Shown: piece by piece, positions 1 to 11,430 of the stretch
How the letters are laid out: each line of letters begins with the position of its first letter
How positions within the stretch are numbered: position 1 is the stretch's first letter
Origin: Schmidtea polychroa
Taxonomy: Eukaryota
NCBI GenBank assembly: GCA_044892525.1
Contig: CM097885.1
Span: 31,188,001-31,252,000, forward strand
Length of the DNA stretch: 64,000 bases
Direction: 5' to 3'
Notes under the pieces: model-generated
Seen by the model: the letters and a program-made list of their open reading frames with translations, nothing else
What the model was told of the DNA's origin: nothing
Database searches by the model: none
Position numbers and translations under genes: made by a program

Positions 1-234
1 TCCCGACTACACTGAGTACGGTACGATATGCCCTATTGTAATATGTATCCACAATTAGTTTCCCATAATTATTTCGTCCGCATAGTCCCTGTGACTATGC
101 CAACTACCAAGAAGGATTTATACGCCCTACTCATGGTTAAACACCAATAGTTCGTGGCGACCTCTGGTTAAGATTATGATTTTAGTGCATGTAGGGTCGA
201 GGACCCGAAATCGTTATGAACTGTGCATTCATAA

Positions 235-1367
235 ATGATAAAGTGCATAGGTGCAGGGTTGGCTGGGATCTCGCTTCAAAATCATTGATAACCGACGATC
301 TCATTCAAATCTACACCTCTATAATTAAATAGAAATAATGAAAACAAAGTTTCAATAATAATAATTTATAATTCACAATGAAATCGTCCTTAATTACAAT
401 CTCAGAAAAATCAAAATCAAAAATTTGGCATAAGAGTAAGCATTAGCATTTGCATTTTTTTTTGCTTAAAAAGTGACGAAATGTGTTAGTTTATATAGCC
501 TCTGTTTGACGTGTAAGTATACATGCGTGCATTGATGCAGTAAAACAAATTCAGATTATTTTAATTCTCGAACATTCGATTTTTAATTTTTATCGATTTT
601 GATGGCGATTTTTCAGTAAGAATTTTTGTTTTTATTTTTGAAATTTTATTTTCGAATTATTTTTTATTAAATTTGCCTCCATGATGGATTTCAGCATTTC
701 CAGAACATTTCATGCTAAATTTAATCTATTTCTTATTTTTAAATTGTTTTTTATGATTTCTTTTCTAAAATATTTATTTTTTATAAATTTTATTGGGTCG
801 TTTGGCCTTCTATTTTAGTTTAAAAAATAAATATTTTAGAAAAGAAATCATAAAAAACAATTTAAAAATAAGAAATAGATTAAATTTAGCATGGAATGTT
901 CTGGAAATGCTGAAATCCATCATGGAGGCAAATTTAATAAAAAATAATTCAAAAACAAAATTCCAAAAATAAAAACAAAAATTCTTACTGAAAAATCGTC
1001 ATCAAAATCGATAAAAATTAAAATTCGAATGTTCGAGAATTAAAATAATCTGAATTTGTTTTACTGCATCAATGCACGCATGTATACTTACACGTCAAAC
1101 AGAGGCTATATAAACTAACACATTTCGTCACTTTTCAAGGAAAAAAATGCAAATGAATATTTTTACTCTTATGCCAAATTTTTGGTTTTGATTTTTCTGA
1201 GATTGTAGGTAAGGACGATTTCATTGTGAATTATAAATTATTATTATTGAAACCTTGTTTTCATTATTTCTTTTTAACTATAGAAATGTAGGTTTGAGTG
1301 AGATCGTCGGTTATCATTGATTTTGAAGCGAGATCCCAGCCAACCCTGTACCTATGCACTTTATCAT
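235..1367. repeat. Long imperfect inverted repeat (arms ~235-785 and ~820-1367, ~35 bp spacer) made of an LTR-like dispersed repeat
   Basis: e.g. aagtgcataggtgcagggttggctgggatctcgcttcaaaatc (from 241) is the reverse complement of gattttgaagcgagatcccagccaaccctgtacctatgcactt (~1319-1361) with one mismatch; pairing continues to the centre. Confidence 0.95.
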
Positions 1368-1919
1368 CGATGAGTAAACAGCCCACAATGATTGCAGGCC
1401 ACTGCCTGGCACGCAATTATCAATATTATTGGTTTCTTTTTGTTCGGTCATCGGAGGTCGTCCACTTCATGGTTCTGCCATGGAGTTGAGTCGTTAAAAT
1501 CCCTCCGTTATGACTCTAGCTAGTTATTATAGGTCGACATTAAGGCTTGCCGTAGCGGACACAGTGTGGCCGTGTAAACAAGCACTCTTCCCGACTTTCA
1601 ATACATGAATAACTTACATAGTTAAAATCTACATCCAAAATCATCACAATACAATACACTAAGGTTAATAAACAAAGTAGATCTCAGACCTAAATTAATC
1701 ACAACTCTACAATTCACAATTAATGTAGACGGTTAAATATCATCAAGAACCAACTCTACCTATGCGTTTGTCGAATCTAGATTTATAAAAGTCTTAAATC
1801 AATTTTCTAGTAATAGTGTAAAGTAAAGATCTTTTAAAAATGATTGATTTAGTAGTGATAGTATTCATAAAGGTGTTCGACATGCGTATCAGCAAGACTT
1901 GGATTTTAAATTGAATAGA

Positions 1920-3210
1920 CTCTAAACTAACTATAAAAATACAAATCGTAACCCACGAAAGTATAAATTATCCTCTCAATTTCATAAAAATATGAATTAT
2001 ACTTATAGATTTAATTTCTTCAAAAAATAAATTATGATTAGTTATAAAGGTATAAATTATAAATTTAACTTCTTAAAATTATAAATTACAAATTTATATT
2101 GACGATAAAAATTATAAATTATAACTCTAAGTTAATTATAAAAGTACAAATTATAATCTTAACTTCATAAAAGTATAAATTATAAAATTATATTAGCTTT
2201 AGAAATATAAACTATAAATTGAACTTCACCAAATATAAATTATAAACTTAAAAGTATAAATTATAAAATTATATTAGCTTTAGAATATAAACTATAAATT
2301 TAACTTAACTTCATAAAAATATAAATTATAAACTTATATTAGCTGAAAGACTATAAATTATAATCTTAATTTGGTCATAAAAGTATAAAATATAAACTAC
2401 GTTAATGATAAAAATATAATTTATAATAAGTTGTAAATATTTTATAAATAACCCCCCCCCCGAGTTACGTAATCGTCGAAACAAATGTTCAGATTCATAA
2501 TCAAACTTATATATGTATATTTGAAACTTATAAAAGTATAACTTACCTTTTTTCATAAGTACCCCCCTCAAACTATACATTAGTCGAGAGCAATATACAT
2601 AGCAATAAATTAACTTATATATGTACAGTTATCAAACTTAATAATTCCTCAGATCACCTAACCATTAATTATTGTCTAAATACATTAATACATTATCTTT
2701 ACGATATAAATTTGGAAAATTTTGATAAATGACCCCCCCCCCCTTAATTCACCTGATACACTCATTTAGACTATTTAATATATATCCTTAACTTAGATTA
2801 TCTTTAAAATTATAGTTGAAAATTTTTCATCGAGAACCCCCCCCCCACAAACCATATAGTCATCAACTACCACCTAAATATACTAAATTAGCCTATCTTA
2901 ATATATATTTAACTTATATTATATTTAAAACTATAAATTGTACATTTTCACAAATGACCCCCCCCCTCAGATCATATAGTCATTAATGATTACCCAAAAG
3001 TGCTAATTTAATTTGTTTTCAGATATATTCAACTTATATTACCTTTAAAAATATAACTTGTATTTTTATTTAACCGACCCCCCTCAAATCAGGTAGCCAT
3101 TAACTATTACGTAGGTATACTGAATTATATCATATTCATAGACAGTTAAATTATATTTCATTTAAAAATATAAATTCATAAATTTTCGTAAATGACCCCT
3201 CCCCCATAGG
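1920..3210. repeat. Degenerate tandem repeats: tataaattataaa-type units (~1920-2430), then ~120 bp units marked by aaatgacccccc poly-C tracts (~2450-3210)
   Basis: Poly-C runs recur near 2452, 2562, 2733, 2837, 2958, 3077 and 3196 with similar flanks. Confidence 0.7.
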
Positions 3211-3273
3211 TGGTAATCTTATAAAAATATAAATTTACATTTATTATTATTATTATCGTTACTAGTATTGTTG

Positions 3274-3313
<40 letters not shown>

Positions 3314-3339
3314 CACTCTTATTATTATTATTACTATTA

Positions 3340-3384
<45 letters not shown>

Positions 3385-3893
3385 TATTAAAATAATTATC
3401 TTTATTTCATGAAAATAAAATTATAAAACAAATTATTGATTTTGGGATTCCCCTATCTCTAAATTTAGCTTCAATGGCCTTATCTTCCAATAAAATTTCC
3501 GAAAACCACTAAAATCTATTTTTAGTAACACCCTACCCTCCCGGAAAACGACCTCAATATTATTAATTTAAATTATATACATATATAGGTATGTGTGCGT
3601 GTATGTGTATATATATGTATATATTTGTGGGTGTATATGTATATGTATATATGTGGATGTGTGTATGTATATATAGATTTATAAAATAACCTTATAAAAA
3701 TACAATAACCTTCCCCCTCAAGACCCCCACGTTGTATAATGGCCACAACCCCTTTAAGGTAATAGAATAAAGATAAAATAATTTATTAAAATTATTAAAT
3801 TTATTTTCAACTCAAATCAAAAGCCAAATCCAATTGTAAACTAAATTTATTAATTTCAATCACTAAATTTCTTTACATCATTTTTTCTTTGAA

Positions 3894-4251
3894 TCATATT
3901 TATACCAAAGTCCTTCGAGCTCAGTTGATGGACCATCCCAATGAAATACATTTCCTGGAGTTGGAAAACCTTTGGGTAATTCCTTATTTTCTGTTTCAGG
4001 TTTTTTTTCCTGGTTCAATGACTTGCATATTACTTTGATGTATTAATGTTGGATGGCCAACTATATTTCTTGCATCTCTTTTTAAGTAGTCATTGTCAGA
4101 TAACTCCGCCAGGAAGATTAGCTGGTGGAACTGACCTTGGGGCAATCAAACCTTCGTATCTCATTGAATTATTATAAACTCGATTGCTAAGGAAATCTCT
4201 AAATTTTCTCATTAGTGTTGTCAAACGATCTTTGCTCATTCGAGATGCCAT
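3894..4251 (-). pseudogene. NDUFA7: NADH dehydrogenase 1 alpha subcomplex subunit 7 (B14.5a)-like, intronless, two frameshifts
   Basis: Manual translation MASRMSKDRLTTLMRKFRDFLSNRVYNNSMRYEGLIAPRSVPPANLPGG / LSDNDYLKRDARNIVGHP... / ...GFPTPGNVFHWD...; matches NDUFA7 motifs RY..I..R..PP..LP.G, LS.N.Y..RD.R and PTPG...WD; frameshifts near 4104 and in the A8 run near 4001-4008. Confidence 0.85.
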
Positions 4252-6061
4252 AATATATTATTGATCAATAGTAATTGTTTCGAAAATTCTGCCAAATACT
4301 AATATTACTGAAATATTATTAAAAAGTTTATGATATAAATATTTAATATTTTAATTTATTTACATTATTATATCAAAACTGACTAAAATTATATTGATAT
4401 ATTTATTCGAAAATTATTATTTAACATTAATTACAATTACATAATAAAACAACGAAAATTAAATAACGTTAAATAACTTTAACAAAACAAAAAGTAATAA
4501 TGAAATCAAAATTCCATTACTTTATTTAAATTATTAGTTACCAACTTTTTCTAGTATTTTAACATAATGAATTCAAGTATATTAGGAAGTTAATTTGGTC
4601 ATTTGAGGAATATTATAAATTAAAAATTTAAGTAAATTAGAATTATTTACTCTTCATAAGAATTTTTTTTGATTTTAATGAATTTAAACTTCATATATTA
4701 ATATTTACCCATTTACAAGTGATATTTGGATTATGTTAAAATAGGTTTTAAGTTAACTTAATTAAATTGAAATTTTCTTTTGATCAAGTTATCATGGGGA
4801 ATGCATGTTATCTTTATTATTTCTATTATTTCAGTTTATTAAGTTGTTTTTTTTGATTATTTTCTAATTAAATTCATTATTCTCAAAAATTTCTTAAGGT
4901 ATGTTTAATAAACTATGGTTATGTTTCACTTAATTTATATTCAAACATTTTAGATGTGGTATTGTATGAACAGGTTTTAATAGATTAATGTACGATTCCT
5001 GATGACTTATGATCGTTTGAGGATAGAAAGTTTGTATAGGCATAGTTGAGAAAGTAATTATAATAAGGGACCTGCGTAAATCGGACATATATCTTCTAAC
5101 GATAGTCCGTGAACCCATTAGAGTGCTCGACAATTACAGTGCAAGTAGTGCGCTCACTTTTTGCGAGCACTCACCCTCTAGATACAGTACCAACGTTGAT
5201 TACTCAACGGGTATCAAGCGGTAAATAATGTTGTATCTTGTGTTACGCTGGTAACAGCACTAAAGAGCAAAATATTTGATCATCAGTAACCCACCACTAA
5301 TAATATTTTGATGGAATCTTTATATATCTAATTCTTATTTTCTTTTATCAAAATTAATTCAAATTTGCATACTTCTAGTTATTCATTTATGGTGTATTTA
5401 TATTTATAATTTCTTGATTTTTCATTATTATTTCTCCATTATCGTCTTTACGTGTTTATCGTAATTTTAACTCAAATATGGCTAATTCTACGTGCTGTTT
5501 TTGCGCATTTGGATCACGTTAAAAGTTTCCAAATGCGAAGACGAGACATTGGACAAATTAGTTTATTGTGAAGACAATTTGGGGAAAAATTCCCCGACAT
5601 CAATTAAATTTTCACTACAGGAAGAGCATAAAAAGTGAGCTGCAGAAAGTCTAAGATAACGAATTTGCAGCGTTTGGCGTTAAGCAGTTGATCGAATTAT
5701 CAATCGCAAAATTATTAATTTATAAATATATATTATTAATTTCTTCTATTATTAGTCTTTGACCCATATACTATTTGAACGACTAAAGAATGATTCTGAA
5801 CTCACTATCGGCCCCTAGTGAATCTAAGAATCTAAGAATCTAAGAAACTAAGAATCTAAGCTCTAGACTAAGGAAGTTGCACAAATGATACTATTCAAAA
5901 GTAAAACACTTTATTCTCCTATTATCACTAAAACCTCATAAATGTTAGAATAAAAATGATAGAATTGAATTAGTCTCTAATACAAAGTTCTTTACAAACA
6001 AAGATGCTTACCATGTTTCAAATATGATAACAAAAAGGAAAGGTTCAATTATATTAAATTG

Positions 6062-6757
6062 TGTTGAGGATACTTAACCCTCTCCGTATATTTGTCGAAT
6101 ATATTCGACATTAAAGCAAGATGTCACTTCCAGTTTCATAAGGCCATTGCAAAAGTACATCGTTTTCACCGCGCATTATGAAAAAGAAAACAGAAATATG
6201 TGTCCCTTTTCCAGCTTTGAATCCATCAGGATGAAGCTGAAGGCACATTTTGTAACCGTTTTTGTGGGAATAGAACGGGTCACTATAAATATCAGCATTA
6301 TTTTTTACACGGAGAGGGTTAAATGATATATTGTATAATAAATAAATAAAATTACTTAGGGGAAATCGTCATAACAAACAGGACGATTTATGGGAACTCA
6401 GAAAGGAAAACGGAAGTAAAAAGATATGAGGAATAAGAAAGAGGAATGAAACAAAAGAAATCAGACATGAAAGCAAAAATAAAGGTCGGCACTAAATAAT
6501 TAGTACAACAAGGGAAAAGGAATTTTGAAATCGGGAAAATAGAAAAACAACAATATTCTTATCTTGACAGCTTGTAAGAGATAACGGGAACAAAATAAAA
6601 ACAGGCCGGAGCCGCAAAAAGGGAAAATTAGAAAATATCTCGACAGCTGTTAAAGATAACTCAGTGGCAGGGAAAAGTTGGGAAATTATGTGGCAGAAAA
6701 AATGGGAGATGGAAGATAAACTCAAGTGCCCCAAAGTGACAAGGTATAAAAGGCACA
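6062..6757 (+). mobile_element. LTR-like repeat family A (starts TGTTGAGGATAC), interrupted by a piggyBac-type MITE and by family B
   Basis: Homologous to copies starting at 31364 and 38919 and to a reverse end at ~46011-46023; shared gacagctgt(t/c)a(a/g)agataa and tataaaagg blocks. Confidence 0.75.
6078..6318. mobile_element. Non-autonomous piggyBac-type MITE (241 bp)
   Basis: TTAA on both sides (6074-6077, 6319-6322); TIR CCCTCTCCGT(A/G)TA; no coding capacity. Confidence 0.85.
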
Positions 6758-7567
6758 TGTTGGGCTAGAACTGATTCCTAAACCCAAAATCTTGTAAATG
6801 TGACAAAATGTGGTGGTACACAACATGCACACTTAGCAATAAGTTTAGTCAAAATTAAAAGATAAAAGATAAAATAAACAATATTAATTAGGAGAAACAT
6901 AACAAAAAATAAAAACACTTAAATTAAAATAAAATGTAACAAACGCAAGAAGTATTACAGAAAAATTGACTCAAACGTAATAGAGAAACAGAAATACAAA
7001 AAACAAACTTGAATGAAATCGAAAGATACTAGAAATGCTAAATTCTAGACAAAAATCCAGAGCAATCCATAAAAATGGCGAAATCAATCATGGAAGCCAT
7101 TTAAATCAATAAAATCTAATGAAAATAAATAAATTAGTTTTAAAAATAAAAATTCAAGAAAAGAATTCAGAAAAAACGATTCTAAAATAAAAATTAACTT
7201 TAATTTAATGTTCTGGAAATGCCCAAATCCATCATGGAGGTAAATTTAATATAAAAATAATTAAAAAATAAAAATTTATAAATAAAAACAAAAATTATGG
7301 CACAAAAATTGCCATTAAAATCATCAAAAATGTAAAATAGAATATTCTTGAATTAAAAAGAATTCGAGTTTGTTTTACTGCATCAACGCACACACATGTA
7401 TTTGCACACACAAAAATAGGTATACATACCGCCACATTTTAGTCACAAAAATATATAGTCGAATCCGCTTAATATCACGGGGTCCGGCCGATATATAAAT
7501 GTGATATAAACCGAATGTGCTATTAAGCGAAAAAAATACGAAAATACGAAAAAAAATACGAATACGA

Positions 7568-9098
7568 TTATTTATTATCAAACCATTCATCCAGGGTACG
7601 CTGTTTCAATTTTTTCCTATTTCGCAAAATTATTAACTGTACTTGTCGTTCCATACTGTTAAAAACGGAAAAATCATTTTCATTGTTCACAACGAGGAAG
7701 TTTTGCAGTACATTCAAAGAATCGAGCGCTTGTTTGGAGGTAATATTTTCATGGGTACTTGGGACTTCCACATTATTATTTTCATCAGAAGCATCATTGA
7801 TATCATTATACCTTATATTTCCGATAATATTTGATGTTATTTCGTTTTCATTGATCGGTTCAATGCACTCAATTTCTTGATCAACCCTTACAAATTCATC
7901 AAAATCAAAATCATCACCATTGTCCAGATTAACATTTATTTCTGTTTCTTGTAAATTACTATCCAATTCTGTGCCAAATCTTGCTTTACTGAAGCAATTT
8001 ATAATGGTATTTGGAGTGACTAATTCCCAAGCTTCTTTGATTAATCGTATGGATGACAAAAGATCTAGTTTCCTAGATAATTCAACGGCAGATAGTTCGT
8101 TTTCCGTGGATTCAATCATAGTAAGAAGCTTAATAACAACCATTCGACGATAAAATTGTTTAAGATTTCGAATAACGCCTTGATCAAGTGGTTGTATCAG
8201 TGGAGTCACATTGGGAGGGAGAAAAATCAACTCTATATATTCCAGATTAATGTTCGGGTGCGCCCCGCAATTATCGAGTATTAACGCGATCCGCCTATTC
8301 TTCGACATCAAATCCCTATTCCATTTTACGAGCCATTTTTCAAATATAACCGCAGTCAATTGTTATGGTATTGTTATGGTTTTCTATTGGCAATTCTTTA
8401 ACGCCCTTAAAACACCGAGGATTTTTAGATTTCCCAATCATAACAAGCGGTGATTTCTCTCCCATCATACTCGCGCAGACCAATATAGTTAATCGCTCCT
8501 TTGATATTTTTCCTCCTTCTAATTGAGAACTTTTAAATGTATGTGATCCTCTTGGTAGGGCTCGGTAGTACAGGCCAGTTTCATCCCCATTAAATATATC
8601 CGATAAACTATATCGGTTTAGAACACCCGGAAGTACGGTGCTTATCCACTGCGTCGCATTCACTTCATTTGCATCAAGTTTTTCTCCATGTGACTTTTTA
8701 TATATTATTCCATATCTCTTCTTCCATCGGTCGATAAAGCCATCAGTAGCTTTAAAGTCATCGATTGAAAATTCCAATGCAAATTTTTCAGCCTTTATTC
8801 GTAATACTTCGCCGCTGATTGGAATATTCGTCGAAAGTGCAGAGACAAACCAGCTATAAAGTGCATGGTCCACTTGTTCCGCAGCACTATGTCTCTGCCT
8901 TTTCCTACTTGAAGGAGAAGATCCAATAGTTTGGAGTAGACGCGATTTTGCTTTGTATGTTTTGCTTACCGTCGATCGATCTATCTTGAATTTTTCAGCA
9001 ATCATAGAAAATGTCTGTTTTGGAACTTTATCACATTCAGCAATTATCTCCAATTTTGTCTTTATTGAAATGTCGTTGCGTCTTCTGTTTTCTGTCAT
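7568..9098 (-). pseudogene. Tigger/pogo (CENP-B HTH + DDE_1) transposase, frameshifted at ~8358-8380
   Basis: HTH region (AEKFKIDRSTVS, LYSWF, GFIDRWKKRY) and DDD motifs FNGDETG / LILDNCGAH / QPLDQG split over two ORFs; an 11-bp duplication (accataacaat x2) replaces the expected KAWM segment. Confidence 0.92.
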
Positions 9099-9210
9099 TA
9101 TTAATTGATAATAAATATTTTTTAATCAGTTCATTGATCTTAAAATCAACAGCGTATTAATAGGTATTATATAACAATATCATGGTATTAATATAATGAA
9201 GCCATAGTTT

Positions 9211-9786
9211 TTAATACAAAAAAGGTTGTTCAATCGCGAATTCATAATAACACATAAACCTTTTATTTTCATATCCATGTTTATATCTACATCGAGCTGC
9301 TTCCATTTGTGCACGACATACTTGAGATCGATAATCAGGGATCATAGCAGTCATAACACCTCCAGTACTTTCAGTAATATTAAACAATCTTGTGGCTGAA
9401 CTCTTCTCAATCATTTTATCTGGAACCTGTCTTCGTGTAGCTACACATAAATTTGATCTCATATTATTCCTTTCGGAGCACAAAACAATATCGGTTCGGC
9501 CATTTTGATCTTGAGCACATTTCAACAAATTTGTTTGATCCATATTCAATTCACCAGGTACAGATTGAACTAATTGTCGGTCTCGAGATAATGTGATTAG
9601 AGAGAATCCATTACCCAGAATTTTAAGAGATTTGCTAGATCTGATAACATCGTCTTTACAAATAGTTTCTATTTCCATTTTGCTGCGGGTTCTATTCAAC
9701 CTTGCCACTAAATCATCGAGATCCATCAATCCCCCGTTATATTTAGATTCATAATTTGTAACTTTGTTACTTTCCATAAATTCCAA
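9211..9786 (-). CDS. Chimeric ORF: SNF8/Vps22 (ESCRT-II) fragment fused in frame to proteasome subunit alpha-6 fragment; expression unknown
   Basis: aa ~17-105 NGGLMDLDDL...DDVIRSSKSLKILGNGF...LVQSVPGELNMDQT (SNF8-like); aa ~113-173 ATRRQVPDKMIEKSSATRLFNITESTGGVMTAMIPDYRSQVCRAQMEAARCRYKHGYE (PSMA6-like). Confidence 0.8.
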   Translation of the reverse strand: MEFMESNKVTNYESKYNGGLMDLDDLVARLNRTRSKMEIETICKDDVIRSSKSLKILGNGFSLITLSRDRQLVQSVPGELNMDQTNLLKCAQDQNGRTDIVLCSERNNMRSNLCVATRRQVPDKMIEKSSATRLFNITESTGGVMTAMIPDYRSQVCRAQMEAARCRYKHGYENKRFMCYYEFAIEQPFLY

Positions 9787-11430
9787 ACAAAATCGATAGA
9801 ACTCAATAAAAAATATATTCAGTAAAATTTAAATACAAATCATTCGACAAAAACTTCAATTCCATACCATTAACCAATTCAAAATCGATAAAATCTAAAA
9901 CTAAAAGATTAACAACTAATGAACCATAAATTCAAATACTTCTTGCTCGCGTCTGTGTGTGCACACAGCCAAAAACAAGGAAAAGAAAAGCGCACACAGA
10001 CGCGAGATCAGATTAAACCCAACACAAAAAATTACATTGCTCGCGTCTGTGTGCGCACAAAATACAACGCGCACACAGACGCGCATTGAGCTAATAATTC
10101 ACTATCCTCCCCCCTTGACACCTTAGCGATGTTGAATATTAGCAATGTGCTATTAAGCATTTAAAATATAATGAGTGTATTATCTACGGTTTTTGTTCTA
10201 CATCTTGGCGTGATAATAAGCGTATTGTGATATAAAACAATGTGCTATTAAGCGGATTGTACTGTATATACTCTTTATGCCAAATTTTGTTTTTGTCTAA
10301 ACCATACCTACTGATTTTAAATTTGAAAGTAAGGATGTTCGTTTATTGTGTATATGATATTCTAATATATTTATTTGCAATAATTATTTCCTTTTTTCAC
10401 AAGAGTGACTCAGATCGCAGTGATCATATTCTAACACGCGAACTGAGCCAGTCTTGCATCTACTTAAAAATCCATATCGTCATGGAGCACACAGCCCTTG
10501 GCGTCTGCAAGCCACTGCCTGGCACGCATTTATTTCTATTTATGATGCAGGGTCGTCGGATGTCGTACCGACTCAGTGGTATATGCCACTGGGTTCGTCG
10601 ATAAATACCCTCTGGTACGGCGGAGTTCTCAGAACTGGTTATGTTACTATTTAGATTCCGGTAGTACATTGCCGATCTACATAACACTAAGGCTTGTCGT
10701 AGTGGACGCAGTGCGGCCACGAAAACAAGCAATCTTTTGTAAATTGACCTTTATTACATGAATAACTCACATATTAATGTCTACATTAAAAATCCACATC
10801 AACTCAATACCCTAGGATATTATAAACGGAGTAAAGCTCCAGACTCAAATTTGATTACAATACTGTGCTAATAAAATGTAGTCGGCTGGGCCTAAATTAC
10901 AGACCACATCAATCCGTTCTCAGGATTTCCATTGCGTATATATATATATATATATATAATATTCTAATTTAGATTTTAAATCAAAACATATTCATATTCA
11001 AAAATTCTATTTTTTTCATAACAACTCAACATTTAAACACATTTTTAATACTTTGTTAATTTTCTTTTTACAAATTTTTAATTTAATTAAGAAATTTCTT
11101 TTAAATAGAAAACACAAGTGTCTCATAAATGCACAAAATAACACAAAATAACAACCATTAACATAAATGTAATTTTTCAGGTTCCATTGATATCACTACA
11201 ACAAATGGAAACCAGACGGTGCAAAATGGTCAAAACCTCCAAAACAAGCAATGTTATATATTATATATAATATATAATATACTTATTATGCGTTTTTAAG
11301 TATATTTACTAAAGTAACACTTGTATATATGCTTAAGAGTAAATCCTTACTTCTACAAATATCGTCGATATTTTCAAAGAATATAATCATTAATTAATAA
11401 TTGAAAAATTAAATTAACTTATAACAAAAT

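Larger units (their letters stand above)
7456..10264 (-). mobile_element. Tigger/pogo-family DNA transposon (2.8 kb) with cargo
   Basis: TIRs tagtcgaatccgcttaata (7456-7474) and tattaagcggattgtactg (10246-10264); TA TSDs at 7454-7455 and 10265-10266; host repeat resumes on both sides. Confidence 0.92.
6758..10900 (+). mobile_element. LTR-like repeat family B (starts TGTTGGGCTAGAACTGAT), split by the Tigger insertion; right boundary approximate
   Basis: Same start at 13240; 7200-7450 and 10267-10870 align collinearly with the copy at ~900-1730 (atgttctggaaatgc...catcatggagg; actct(t)atgccaaattt; gccactgcctggcacgc; tacatgaataac). Confidence 0.75.

Noticed and set aside
194..212. gggtc-gag-gaccc-gaaa stem followed by GAAA, hammerhead-like
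   Set aside because: No CUGANGA/UUGANAA core immediately upstream
5819..5860. (aatctaag)x5 short tandem repeat
   Set aside because: Ordinary slippage repeat with no associated structure
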